Of a DNA stretch of 32,000 bases, positions 1-8,295 are shown in pieces. The stretch covers positions 420,001 to 452,000 of the forward strand of contig OY969114.1 of assembly GCA_963698035.1 (NCBI GenBank), in the 5' to 3' direction. How positions within the stretch are numbered: the first letter of the stretch is position 1; the number at the start of each line of letters is the position of its first letter. The notes under the pieces were generated by a model. The model did not search any database. It had not been told where the DNA came from and worked only from the letters and a program-made list of their open reading frames with translations. The position numbers were made by a program, and so were the translations under genes. This stretch comes from Candidatus Saccharimonadota bacterium (GTDB lineage Archaea; Micrarchaeota; Micrarchaeia; Micrarchaeales; Micrarchaeaceae).

Positions 1-1197
1 GCTTATCGTGGAATTCATTTGCCCATTGCTCCAACCCTTAAACATCTCCCTTGCGCCTTCAGACACGTTTACAATAGCCGAATTCAGCGAAACCAAGGCG
101 ACGCTGCCGGCGTCATACCATCCGCTGCCGGTTACATTGCCGTAATCAGATGACACGCCCAAATAATACTGGGAGACCCACAAGGCCGTCTCTGTGATAT
201 TCCCGTATATGTTTACCTGCCCCTGCGCAGATGCCCCCGTATAAGAACCTGCGCCGCTCCCAATCCAGTCTTTGAACACCTCCCTCTGCGTTGTGCTTAT
301 ATAGACGTATCTTGGTATGCTGAAGTTTACGGTCGAGAATGTCGAATAATAGCCCGTTCCTGTAGCGTTGCCGTATTGCGAATAAGCCTTAAGGCTGTAT
401 ATGCTATTCCACAACCTTGTCCCGTTCTGCACCATGTGCACCGCAGACCCGATCTCGAAGAAGTCTGCGTATCCTGGCAATTCGGCTACCCCGTAGGGAT
501 TTGATAGGGCGGTCTGGCTGCCCACCCCGTACCCCACATAGGCGTATGCATCATGCAGGAGGTTGAAGGAGTCATCGCTGTAATAGGAAAGGTTCTTGAA
601 GAGCACTGTCTCCATAAAAGCGTCGTTGTTATTTGCGTCCGCAAGCTCTGCATATGCGACAGGAGCATGGTTGCCAGACTGCGATGTTCCTAACATCACG
701 CTTCCTATCTGCTCATTGTTGAAGTAGATCTTCCATTCCGTCCCATTCGAATAGAACCAATACCTATTGAATATCCCATTCTGGCCCACAGAGTCATTTC
801 CGCCCACCCCGCCGTAGAAAGTGCTGCTGTTTTTGGAGTTTGCCGGAAAGTACTCCCAGAACCACGTTGGGTATCCCGCCTCCAGAAGTACTGAGCCACT
901 GCATCCTTGCGGGTTGCATGCCTGTGGGTAATACCCTGTTGTATTTGTCACCTCATAGCCTGCCTGTATGAATGCGCCGTCCTGCAGGGTCTCCCCCACC
1001 CAGAAGCCGAAAGAGCCAGCACTGAGGTTTTGTGGATATACGGTCTGTATGTAGACGCCGGCCCCGTTATTGTATGCCGAATCTGGTGCGCCGTTCGCCC
1101 CGGACTGAAACCAGAACTGGCCAAACGCGAGGTTCCCCAGCAGCACTAGCGAAAGCACAGCGAAAGAAACTAAGAAGAGAATATTACGTCCTCTCAT
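1..1197 (-). CDS. Secreted glycoprotein, partial (C-terminus runs off the window); possible peptidase G1 (eqolisin)/concanavalin-like N-domain followed by an InlB-B-repeat-like domain
   Basis: This ORF is absent from the supplied ORF track. Manual reverse-complement translation from ATG (1197-1195) down to base 1 gives 399 sense codons with no stop. The N-terminus MRGRNILFLVSFAVLSLVLLGNLAFG looks like a signal peptide. The blocks FWVGE..FIQAG, WFWEYFP and AYAELAD resemble the WVGIDG/ILQTG/WYEWYP/AEWIVE blocks of G1 peptidases. Later come G-S-G-WYDAGS...FKGWSNG motifs and many N-x-S/T sequons. The start overlaps the dtdA stop by 14 nt. Confidence 0.6.
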   Translation of the reverse strand, partial: MRGRNILFLVSFAVLSLVLLGNLAFGQFWFQSGANGAPDSAYNNGAGVYIQTVYPQNLSAGSFGFWVGETLQDGAFIQAGYEVTNTTGYYPQACNPQGCSGSVLLEAGYPTWFWEYFPANSKNSSTFYGGVGGNDSVGQNGIFNRYWFYSNGTEWKIYFNNEQIGSVMLGTSQSGNHAPVAYAELADANNNDAFMETVLFKNLSYYSDDSFNLLHDAYAYVGYGVGSQTALSNPYGVAELPGYADFFEIGSAVHMVQNGTRLWNSIYSLKAYSQYGNATGTGYYSTFSTVNFSIPRYVYISTTQREVFKDWIGSGAGSYTGASAQGQVNIYGNITETALWVSQYYLGVSSDYGNVTGSGWYDAGSVALVSLNSAIVNVSEGAREMFKGWSNGQMNSTIS

Positions 1198-1981
1198 GGT
1201 CCATACCCAACGCATCCAGCGCCGCTATTATCCTCTCTCTTTCAGCAGACTTAATACTTTTCCATTCTATGATGGCCTTATCCGGCCTTTTGGAGCTCCT
1301 CTCCACAGCTTGCTCCAGCATTCCTATTTCACTTACATGATGCTTCGACATCATGTGGCCGAACGCGTACCTTCTGTCAAATGCCAGACGCGTGAACTTC
1401 TCTGCGTAATGCAGTCCTCCGACACCAAGCACAGGTTCGGAAAAATTGGTAGGATCTCCATCCTCAAGCGCTGACAGCGTTACCCTGGCAAGCAGCATGC
1501 TGTGCTTTTTGCTCTCAAGGGCGGCTCTGTTTCCACCTACCTCCACGAAAAGGGATGGAGTCTTAAGAAGGGGTCCATGATGGGTCGCCTCGTATACTAC
1601 AGGGAAGCCAGTATCGTTCAATTCGTCCATCTTCCTGAGGAAGCAGAGCATCCATTCTGGAGATGCAAAGCTCAACTGCCTCGGCTTGCCCCCCAGGTCC
1701 GCAGCATCAGACCAATTTCCCTCAGGATGTACAGTAAGGGAGGCGATTTCTTTTGCGCTTTTATGGCTGCAGACAAATACGAACAGGTCAGTCTTTACAA
1801 GATCGTCAAGGTAGTCGGCCTCTAGCATACTCTCCTTTATCCCTATCATGTTGATGCCCTTGCGCTTGAAGTGCCTTGCATCTCCCACCGACTCCAATTC
1901 CTCGAATTCGCCAACCTCCAGAAGGCTCTCACCGATGTTCTTCGATGTAAGGTTGCTCTCCGAATAAACTACATACGGCAT
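1184..1981 (-). CDS. dtdA: D-aminoacyl-tRNA deacylase, archaeal type
   Basis: 265 aa. Blocks HPEGNW, VVYEATHHGP, FVEVGG, GVGGLHYA and AFGHMMSKH match the archaeal DtdA (tRNA_deacylase) family layout. Confidence 0.85.
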   Translation of the reverse strand: MPYVVYSESNLTSKNIGESLLEVGEFEELESVGDARHFKRKGINMIGIKESMLEADYLDDLVKTDLFVFVCSHKSAKEIASLTVHPEGNWSDAADLGGKPRQLSFASPEWMLCFLRKMDELNDTGFPVVYEATHHGPLLKTPSLFVEVGGNRAALESKKHSMLLARVTLSALEDGDPTNFSEPVLGVGGLHYAEKFTRLAFDRRYAFGHMMSKHHVSEIGMLEQAVERSSKRPDKAIIEWKSIKSAERERIIAALDALGMDHERT

Positions 1982-2091
1982 GCGTCACCTCGCCAAACAA
2001 ATAAAAATACCTCAAGGAATATATAAAATGTCTACGGTAATTAATACAGGTAGAATTAAAAACCAAAAACGCAATAATTATCCGTGATATA

Positions 2092-2448
2092 ATGGCGAGA
2101 GAGCAGATGGAAAAGCTCACATCAGATTATCAGGCGTTGCAGGAGCAGATACAGTCCCTTGCGATACAGAAGGCGCAGCTGGCGGAGCAGAAGGAGGAGT
2201 TCAAGGAGGCCCTCGCCGAGCTCGAGAAGGCGACCGGCAAGCTATATTCAACAATAGGCGGCGTCATGATAGAGTCCACAAAAGAGGAGGCCGTAAAGAA
2301 TGTCAAAGACCGCCAGGATTCCGCAGAGATGCGCTTCAGCATAATAAGCAAGCAATACGATGAGGCGACAAAGAAGGAGAAAACGCTAAGGAGCGAGATA
2401 GAGGCCATTCTGAAGAATGAGACCGGAAAACCCCAGCCCGGCATATAG
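2092..2448 (+). CDS. pfdB: Prefoldin beta subunit
   Basis: 118 aa. Two coiled-coil arms (QALQEQIQSLAIQKAQLAEQKEE.. and ..EKTLRSEIEAIL) flank a central YSTIGGVMIESTKEEA beta-hairpin block typical of prefoldin beta. Confidence 0.85.
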   Translation: MAREQMEKLTSDYQALQEQIQSLAIQKAQLAEQKEEFKEALAELEKATGKLYSTIGGVMIESTKEEAVKNVKDRQDSAEMRFSIISKQYDEATKKEKTLRSEIEAILKNETGKPQPGI

Positions 2449-2458
2449 AAAGGATTCA

Positions 2459-3676
2459 ATGAAGATAGCAATTGTATCGGATCTGCACCTCGGGTATGAG
2501 CGGTTTGAGGCGGATGCCCTCAGACAGGCAACAGAGGCGCTGGAAAGGGCAAGCAAGATAGCAGACGCCATCCTGGTTCCTGGCGACATATTCGATAAAA
2601 GGTATCCCAGACCGGATATAATATCCCAGGCTATAAATCTTTTCAGGGAGCTGTCAAAGAGGGAATGGAAGGCAGAGATATCAGACTACATAGGGAAGGG
2701 GAAAATCTACACGCGCGCGCCGATCGTAGCCATACCTGGGACGCATGAGAGGATTGCCGAGGGCAAGGAGAATGCAGTGAAGCTACTCTCGCTAGCTGGC
2801 CTGCTTGCAGACACGAGCGAGGCTACTACGGTGTTGAAGAAAGGGGACGAGAGGGTTGCTATATTTGGTTTGGGTGGCCTCTCTGACGAGATGGTAAAGG
2901 AAAGGATCGCGGCCCTGTCGCCAACCGGCATAGATGGTGCATTCAACATATTCATGTTCCACCAATCAATCTACGAGATGCTGCCTTTCAGCGAAAATAT
3001 CATACACTACTCCGACCTGCCGAAGGGATTCGACCTTTACGTATGCGGGCACATGCACAGCATGGCAGAGGCGACAGTGCATGGCAAGAAGCTGCTCATC
3101 CCAGGAAGCACGGTCCTCACGCAGCTGAAGAGCGAGGAGCAATCAAGGAAAGGGTTCATACTCTACGATACGCAAGATCGCTCGCACAAGTTCATAGAGA
3201 TAAATTCCAGGCCATTCGTGACGAAGAATTTATCTGCAGAGAATGCCAATCCATCGGACCTCGTTTCAGCATGCGAGAAGGAGATATCAAGGGCTATATC
3301 GTCTCACGGGAAAAAGCCCATAATAAGAATCAAGATAGAGGGCACCCTTGCGAGGGGCTTCGAGAAAGGTGACCTGCAGATTCACGCCCTATCGGGCAAG
3401 TACTCCTCATCGGCTTTCCTGACGATTGACACCAATGGCTTGCAGGGCGCCGACACGCAGATCATGATAGACGGCGTCAGAGACGGCAGGATAGACGACA
3501 TGCCAATCAAGGAGATGGGGATGCTCACGCTCTCTGCAAAGCTGAAAGAATCCGGAATAGGCAACAAAATTGATGTCCTCCAGCTCTTTTCTATACTCTC
3601 GAGCGAATCGAGCAAGGAAAAGGTTTTGAAGGAGGCGGTTGAGCTGCTCCTTGAAGGCGAAAATCGGCCGGCCTAG
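2459..3676 (+). CDS. mre11: Mre11-like calcineurin-type phosphoesterase (DNA repair nuclease family)
   Basis: MKIAIVSDLHLGY (D-x-H), VPGDIFD (GD), IPGTHE (variant of GNHD/E), FHQ and CGHMH motifs occur in the canonical Mre11/SbcD order. ATG 2459 is preferred over the track start at 2417, which overlaps pfdB in another frame. Confidence 0.75.
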   Translation: MKIAIVSDLHLGYERFEADALRQATEALERASKIADAILVPGDIFDKRYPRPDIISQAINLFRELSKREWKAEISDYIGKGKIYTRAPIVAIPGTHERIAEGKENAVKLLSLAGLLADTSEATTVLKKGDERVAIFGLGGLSDEMVKERIAALSPTGIDGAFNIFMFHQSIYEMLPFSENIIHYSDLPKGFDLYVCGHMHSMAEATVHGKKLLIPGSTVLTQLKSEEQSRKGFILYDTQDRSHKFIEINSRPFVTKNLSAENANPSDLVSACEKEISRAISSHGKKPIIRIKIEGTLARGFEKGDLQIHALSGKYSSSAFLTIDTNGLQGADTQIMIDGVRDGRIDDMPIKEMGMLTLSAKLKESGIGNKIDVLQLFSILSSESSKEKVLKEAVELLLEGENRPA

Positions 3677-3903
3677 CGGCCCATTATGCCCAGCGCCTTG
3701 TTGAGCTGCTCCTTGTTCTTTGCGTCTATTATCTCCTTGAGGAACTCGAGGTGCTTTGGGTTGCAACGCCTCTCCTTCTTGCTGCGTGTCGCCGTTACGA
3801 CGTTCACGAACCCATCCTTGCCAATGCTGGTTATCACAGCGCGGCTGCCGGCATCCCTCCCATATCTCTTTATGCAGACCCTCCCAACTTCTATAAGTGC
3901 CAT
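3673..3903 (-). CDS. rpl14e: 50S ribosomal protein L14e
   Basis: 76 aa. IEVGRVCIKRYGRDAGSRAVI...RRCNPKHLEF matches the L14e KOW-type pattern. It sits in the conserved position after cmk. Confidence 0.9.
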   Translation of the reverse strand: MALIEVGRVCIKRYGRDAGSRAVITSIGKDGFVNVVTATRSKKERRCNPKHLEFLKEIIDAKNKEQLNKALGIMGR

Positions 3904-3904
3904 A

Positions 3905-4459
3905 TCATCGCCCTCCCATATTCTTTATCACAATATCCGATACCTCTTTGGGTGAAAGATTGGTCGCTTCGACTATCAGGTCGAACGGACGCATGTCTTT
4001 CCCCAGTTCTATCTTGTACATCTTTTTATATAAACTTTTGTTTTCTCTGTCACGTACTAAAATTGCAGCCCGTGCGCGCTTAAGGGTGCTCCCATCCCTC
4101 TTGGCCATTCTCCTCGCTCTCTCATTTATGTTAGCATCGAGCCATACCTTGAAGCCCTTTTTCGATATCCATGGCATCGTCCAGCTGGTCACAACCACAT
4201 TGCCCTTTGCTATTCTGGCAAGCATAATCTTGTCCGCTTCCCTGTCGAATTTTGGATCTGCCTTCCTCTCCATAAGGAATCTTATTCCTCGGCGTGTGTC
4301 CCACCAGTCGACTCCCGAAGGATGGTACCCTCTTCGCCTTGCTATCTCCTTGAGTGCGTCGCCCCCGTCGAATTGCGGCAGGCCAAGTCTCCTTGCAATC
4401 GCCCTCGCAACGGTCGTCTTGCCGCTCGCGGCCGGCCCGCATATTATTATCGCTTTCAT
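3905..4459 (-). CDS. cmk: Cytidylate kinase, archaeal type
   Basis: 184 aa. It has the P-loop GPAASGKTT and sits in the conserved rpl34e-cmk-rpl14e context. Confidence 0.85.
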   Translation of the reverse strand: MKAIIICGPAASGKTTVARAIARRLGLPQFDGGDALKEIARRRGYHPSGVDWWDTRRGIRFLMERKADPKFDREADKIMLARIAKGNVVVTSWTMPWISKKGFKVWLDANINERARRMAKRDGSTLKRARAAILVRDRENKSLYKKMYKIELGKDMRPFDLIVEATNLSPKEVSDIVIKNMGGR

Positions 4460-4471
4460 CGTTAAAAAGGC

Positions 4472-4777
4472 TCAGTGGGCGACAAGCTGCAGCACATAGG
4501 ATCTCTGCTTTACTCCTATCTCATTGAGCTTCATCTCTCCCTGCTCAACCCTGCTCCCCAGCTTCACTATCTCTGCCGAGCACCTCGAGCAGAGCACCCC
4601 GCCGAATATTCTGCTATTCGTCTTCCTGGTTCGCCCGCCGAACCTAGATATCCCATTGAGTTCAGCATGGCATACTGCACAGTGGGGCATGCCAGATGGC
4701 GCCCTCCTGTAATGGACCACATTCCTGCCGGTACTCGTGATACGGTTTGCCTTCTTGAAGCTATTTGATCTATGCAT
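4472..4777 (-). CDS. rpl34e: 50S ribosomal protein L34e
   Basis: MHRSNSFKKANRITSTGRNVVHYRR...CAVCHAELNG...CSRC matches L34e. ATG at 4777 is preferred over the upstream GTG at 4801 in the track. Confidence 0.85.
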   Translation of the reverse strand: MHRSNSFKKANRITSTGRNVVHYRRAPSGMPHCAVCHAELNGISRFGGRTRKTNSRIFGGVLCSRCSAEIVKLGSRVEQGEMKLNEIGVKQRSYVLQLVAH

Positions 4778-4828
4778 TGGTTTTGGCAAGGCCAGCACCA
4801 CTATGTTTGTGTCGATAAGGTATTTAGA

Positions 4829-5341
4829 CTATGCTGTATTCTCTTTCGCCTCCACCACCTTGGCGTCCTTTTTCGCCCTCGCCCTGTCATAGGCCAGTAT
4901 GCTTATGGACAGAGCAAGGCCGAGTACGAAGACCGTGACGAAGAAGAGTCCCTTGTAATGCAGCGATATTACCGATGACCCTATGCTGAAGGACGCTGTC
5001 TGACTGGCAAGCCCTCCAAAGGCGTACGGAATGATTAAGTAGTAAATTATAAGGAAGGACGGAATTAGCACAACAGTTGCCTTCATGCTGGTAGTCATGC
5101 TCTGCTTAACGAGCGGCATCATCTCCTTCTGCTTCTGCGATATCTCTTCCTTCGGGGCGTTCGCCTTTATCAGCTTGTTCAGCTCGTCAGAGAATACCTT
5201 TATCTTGTCCTGTATCTCCCTTGTCTTTTTAGGATTTGAGAGCTTTCTCTGCACCGCCGCCGCCGCCACGGTGTAAATTACTCCTGACGCGAGAATCTCG
5301 ATGACGGAGAGCGTAGACAGCAATTCGGCGACCATAATCAT
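4829..5341 (-). CDS. DUF106 / EMC3-TMCO1-like membrane protein (archaeal YidC/Oxa1-like candidate)
   Basis: 170 aa. TM1 is followed by a charged coiled region (KKTREIQDKIKVFSDELNKLIK..KQKEMM) and then two TM segments. It holds the conserved position between adk and rpl34e, and its start overlaps the adk stop by 4 nt. Confidence 0.75.
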   Translation of the reverse strand: MIMVAELLSTLSVIEILASGVIYTVAAAAVQRKLSNPKKTREIQDKIKVFSDELNKLIKANAPKEEISQKQKEMMPLVKQSMTTSMKATVVLIPSFLIIYYLIIPYAFGGLASQTASFSIGSSVISLHYKGLFFVTVFVLGLALSISILAYDRARAKKDAKVVEAKENTA

Positions 5342-5907
5342 ACTCCTATTGTTTCAGATAAGATGCGATCGAACTGCCTGATCGACTCCTTCAGCTTGCC
5401 CTCTCTGTTGTATATTATGTAAAGCGGCGCACCCGTATACCAAGCGCAATGGAAGAACAGCGAGAGGTTCAGCATCCTCTGCATCTCTATGTCGTGGGGG
5501 CTCACCATGTCCCTGTTCCTACTTTTGTCCAAACGTCTCCTCTTTGTTATGTCGCCCGTCGCTGCATCGATGTAGACCCAAGCCACAACCTTCTTCAGCG
5601 ACTCCAGCGAGTCGTGCGGTACCCCGACGATGTACCTGTCGTTGCTCCATATTGACATGTGCGTGTCTACCACGACATTGCCCTTCATCTTGGAGAGACT
5701 GTCGAAAGCATGCGCCTGCAGCTCTCGCTGAAGCCTCAGCCCCAGCGAATGCCTTATCTGGTCCCTATCCTTGATGTAGCCCTTCCGTGTCGCCTCCTCT
5801 TCCATCAACGTTCCTATCTGGATGATCCTAACTCCCCTCTTTGCAGCCGCCTTTGTTATCGCCGTTTTGCCCGCGCCCGGGGAACCTACAACCATTACTA
5901 TCGACAT
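5338..5907 (-). CDS. adkA: Adenylate kinase, archaeal type
   Basis: 189 aa. It has the P-loop GSPGAGKT, VVVDTHMSI and ITKRRRLDKSRNRD blocks typical of archaeal AdkA. A TTTTTATA box lies about 30 nt upstream on the minus strand. Confidence 0.9.
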   Translation of the reverse strand: MSIVMVVGSPGAGKTAITKAAAKRGVRIIQIGTLMEEEATRKGYIKDRDQIRHSLGLRLQRELQAHAFDSLSKMKGNVVVDTHMSIWSNDRYIVGVPHDSLESLKKVVAWVYIDAATGDITKRRRLDKSRNRDMVSPHDIEMQRMLNLSLFFHCAWYTGAPLYIIYNREGKLKESIRQFDRILSETIGV

Positions 5908-5956
5908 AGGACCGGTTAGCTATTGAAGTTAAGGTATAAAAACTGGCGCAATCGGC

Positions 5957-7611
5957 TTATTCTTCCATCCCTCCTCCAGGCATTCCGCCACCCGCACCAC
6001 GGGCTTGCGCCTTGCCCCTCGAGCTTATCATGTCGTCTATCCTGAGGATTATCTCTGCGGCTTCGCTGGCGCTGTAGATCGCCTGCTGCTTGACCTTCAG
6101 CGGCTCGAAGACCCCCAACCTTGCCATGTCTCCGATTGCGTTCTTGAGTATGTCTACGCCTGCAACACCCCCTTCCTTGGACCTGTGCTTGCTCCTGAGC
6201 TGCACCAGCGTGTCTATCGCGTCCATCCCGGCGCTCTCCGCCAGTGTCTTTGGTATTACCTCTACCGCGTCTGCGAACTTCTGTATCGCGAGCTGCTCCC
6301 TGCCGCCTACGTCATTCGAGTAGGCTCTCAGGCCATTCGCTATGTCTATCTCGATGCTGCCCCCGCCTATGACGTACTTGCCGTCAATCATCACGCTCGA
6401 TACAGCGCCTATCACATCGGTTATGGACCTCTCGACCTCATCGATGACCTGCTGATTGCCGCCCTTGACGAATATCGTCACGCTCTTCGGGTCCTTGCAC
6501 TTCTCCACAAAGACCATGCGCTCCCCGCTCACCTTCCTCTCCTCCACTAGGCCGGCGTAGCCGAGGTCCTTCGCACTCAGGTCGTCCAGGCTCGTTACTA
6601 TCCTTGCACCTGTCGCCCTTGCCGAGCTTCTCTATGTCGCTCTTCTTTATGCGCCTTATCGCCATTATGCCCGCCTTCGCAAGGTAGTGCTGCGCGACGT
6701 CGTCTATTCCCTTCTGCGTGAAGACCGCCGTTGCGCCGCTCTTCTGTATCTTTGTTACCATGTCCTTGAGCATGCGCTCCTCCTGCTGCAGGAAGGCCTG
6801 CATCTGCTCAGGTGATGTTATCTCTATCTTTGCCTCGGTCTCGGTCTTCTCTATCTCGAGAGCTACGTCAAGCAGTGCTATCTTGGCATTTGCGACGTTC
6901 CTCGGCATTCCTGGGTGGGATATCTCCTTGTCTACAAGCACGCCATTTATGAGCTGCGTGTCACCTATGGCGCCTCCGGCTTTCTTCTCCACCTTTATGA
7001 AATCATGGTCAATCACCGTCTTGCCAGCTGCGTCCTTTTCCATCACCTGCTTTATTGCGCTTATGACTATCCTGCCAAGGTGCGCCTTCGTGTTTTCGTC
7101 GCCGACGTTCTTCGAGCCCATGGAGACCATGGCTATCTTCTGCAGCGTATACATCGTCGCTTATGTTAACCTTCCTTGAGACGCTGTTGAGTATTTCGGT
7201 CGCCTTCTCGGCAGCCATCTTGTACCCCCGTATTATCGTTGTAGGATGTATTCCCTGCTCTATCAGGTCGCCCGCCCCCTTGAGCAGCTCGCCAGCTATT
7301 ATTACTACAGTGGTTGTCCCGTCCCCAACCTCCTTGTCTTGGGTCTTCGCTATGTCGACCAGGATCTTTGCGACAGGATGCTCAACGTTCATCTCATCGA
7401 GTATTGTCGCCCCGTCGTTCGTTATGATTATGTCCCCGAGCTCGCTCACGAGCATCTTGTCCATTCCCTTAGGTCCGAGCGTAGTCTTTACTGCGCTAGC
7501 TACCGCAACAGCCACAGCTATGTTTGTTCGCTGCGCATCCCTGCCAAGTATCCTTGATGCCCCTTCCGGAAGCAATAGAACCTGTTGTCCACCGAGTTGA
7601 TTTTCTGACAT
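5957..7611 (-). pseudogene. ths: Thermosome (group II chaperonin) subunit interrupted by two +1 frameshifts
   Basis: Three successive minus-strand ORFs in three frames (7611-7009, 7154-6438, 6547-5957) together give a colinear thermosome. Fragment 1 carries the N-terminal [15 protein letters not shown] part. Fragment 2 carries the middle ..[12 protein letters not shown]...QKGIDDVAQHYLAKAGIMAIRRIKKSDIEKLGK part. Fragment 3 carries the C-terminal ..VEERKV...GGGSIE...ILRIDD...GGMPGGGMEE part. Junctions lie at about 7145-7160 and at the CCC run 6616-6618. Confidence 0.9.
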
Positions 7612-7929
7612 AGTAATTCACCAATTTAGCATAAACCATATGCAAGTATAACAAGATGCTTAAAGCATACAGCAATAGTTTTATAATCTCAAAGTATTTA
7701 AACTTATCCGATTATGCGTTTTACTATCTCGTCAAATGCGTACATCATGCTTTTGTCCCCCAGGACCGGAACCCGCTCAAAGTCGCTGAATTGATGCAAG
7801 GTACGGGCGCCCTCACAGTGCCGCTATTCGCACCTGACGACCTAATGACTTAAATAACTTTCCAAATATAAAATTGATTGATACAACTAGTTTTGCTAGT
7901 TTTTGTAAAAAGGGGAAAATAGTGATAGA

Positions 7930-8295
7930 ATGAAAATCAGTGAGCTAAGGGCAGGAGCAAGCAACGTCACCATAACCGCGAAGGTCGTCCTAAAGGAGGA
8001 GTCCCGGGAGGTTGTGACAAAATACGGAAAGAGGCTGAATGTGGCGAACATAACGCTCCAGGACGACTCCGGAAGCATAGCGATGTCGCTATGGGGGGAT
8101 ACTATAAATGAGGTAGACCTAGGTGACACGATAGAGGTATCGAATGGATACGTCAACGAGTTCAGGGGAACGCCGCAGCTCTCAACAGGAAAGTTTGGCA
8201 AGATAAAGGTTGTCGAGAAGGGCGCAGGCAGTGCCGGAGCAGCAGCGGCGCCAAAGGACGATTTCTCGGAAGACTTTCAGGAAGAGGACGCCTGA
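7930..8295 (+). CDS. ssb: Single OB-fold ssDNA-binding protein with an acidic C-terminal tail
   Basis: 121 aa. An OB-fold pattern (NVTITAKVV...ANITLQDDSGSIAMSLWGD...GDTIEVSNGYVNEFRGTPQLS) is followed by a Gly/Ala linker and the acidic tail DDFSEDFQEEDA. This is the same architecture as crenarchaeal-type SSB. Confidence 0.7.
   Translation: MKISELRAGASNVTITAKVVLKEESREVVTKYGKRLNVANITLQDDSGSIAMSLWGDTINEVDLGDTIEVSNGYVNEFRGTPQLSTGKFGKIKVVEKGAGSAGAAAAPKDDFSEDFQEEDA

Noticed and set aside
2417-2458. N-terminal extension of the mre11-like ORF (track start 2417)
   Set aside because: It overlaps the pfdB 3' end in another frame. The canonical phosphoesterase N-terminus MKIAIVSDLHLG begins at ATG 2459.
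3686-4499. Plus-strand ORFs 3686-3955, 3751-4083 and 3897-4499
   Set aside because: They are antisense to the well-supported rpl14e and cmk genes, and the sequences are low-complexity.
6005-7600. Long plus-strand ORFs (6005-6550, 6718-7179, 7163-7600 and others) opposite the thermosome
   Set aside because: These are antisense shadow ORFs of a gene rich in GCx/GAx codons. Their compositions are Ser/Leu/Pro-rich and have no homology signal.
7786-7837. Possible box C/D sRNA (CTGA-at-TGATGC ... CTGA)
   Set aside because: The C-like box is UUGAUGC. The D'/C' spacing is only 2 nt. The distance to the downstream CUGA is 36 nt with no intervening D'/C' pair, so the geometry is incompatible with archaeal C/D sRNAs.
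7656-7853. 65-aa plus-strand ORF, and a 31-codon TTG-initiated minus-strand ORF, in the thermosome-ssb spacer
   Set aside because: Low-complexity, AT-rich start, with no family resemblance and no convincing promoter or start geometry.
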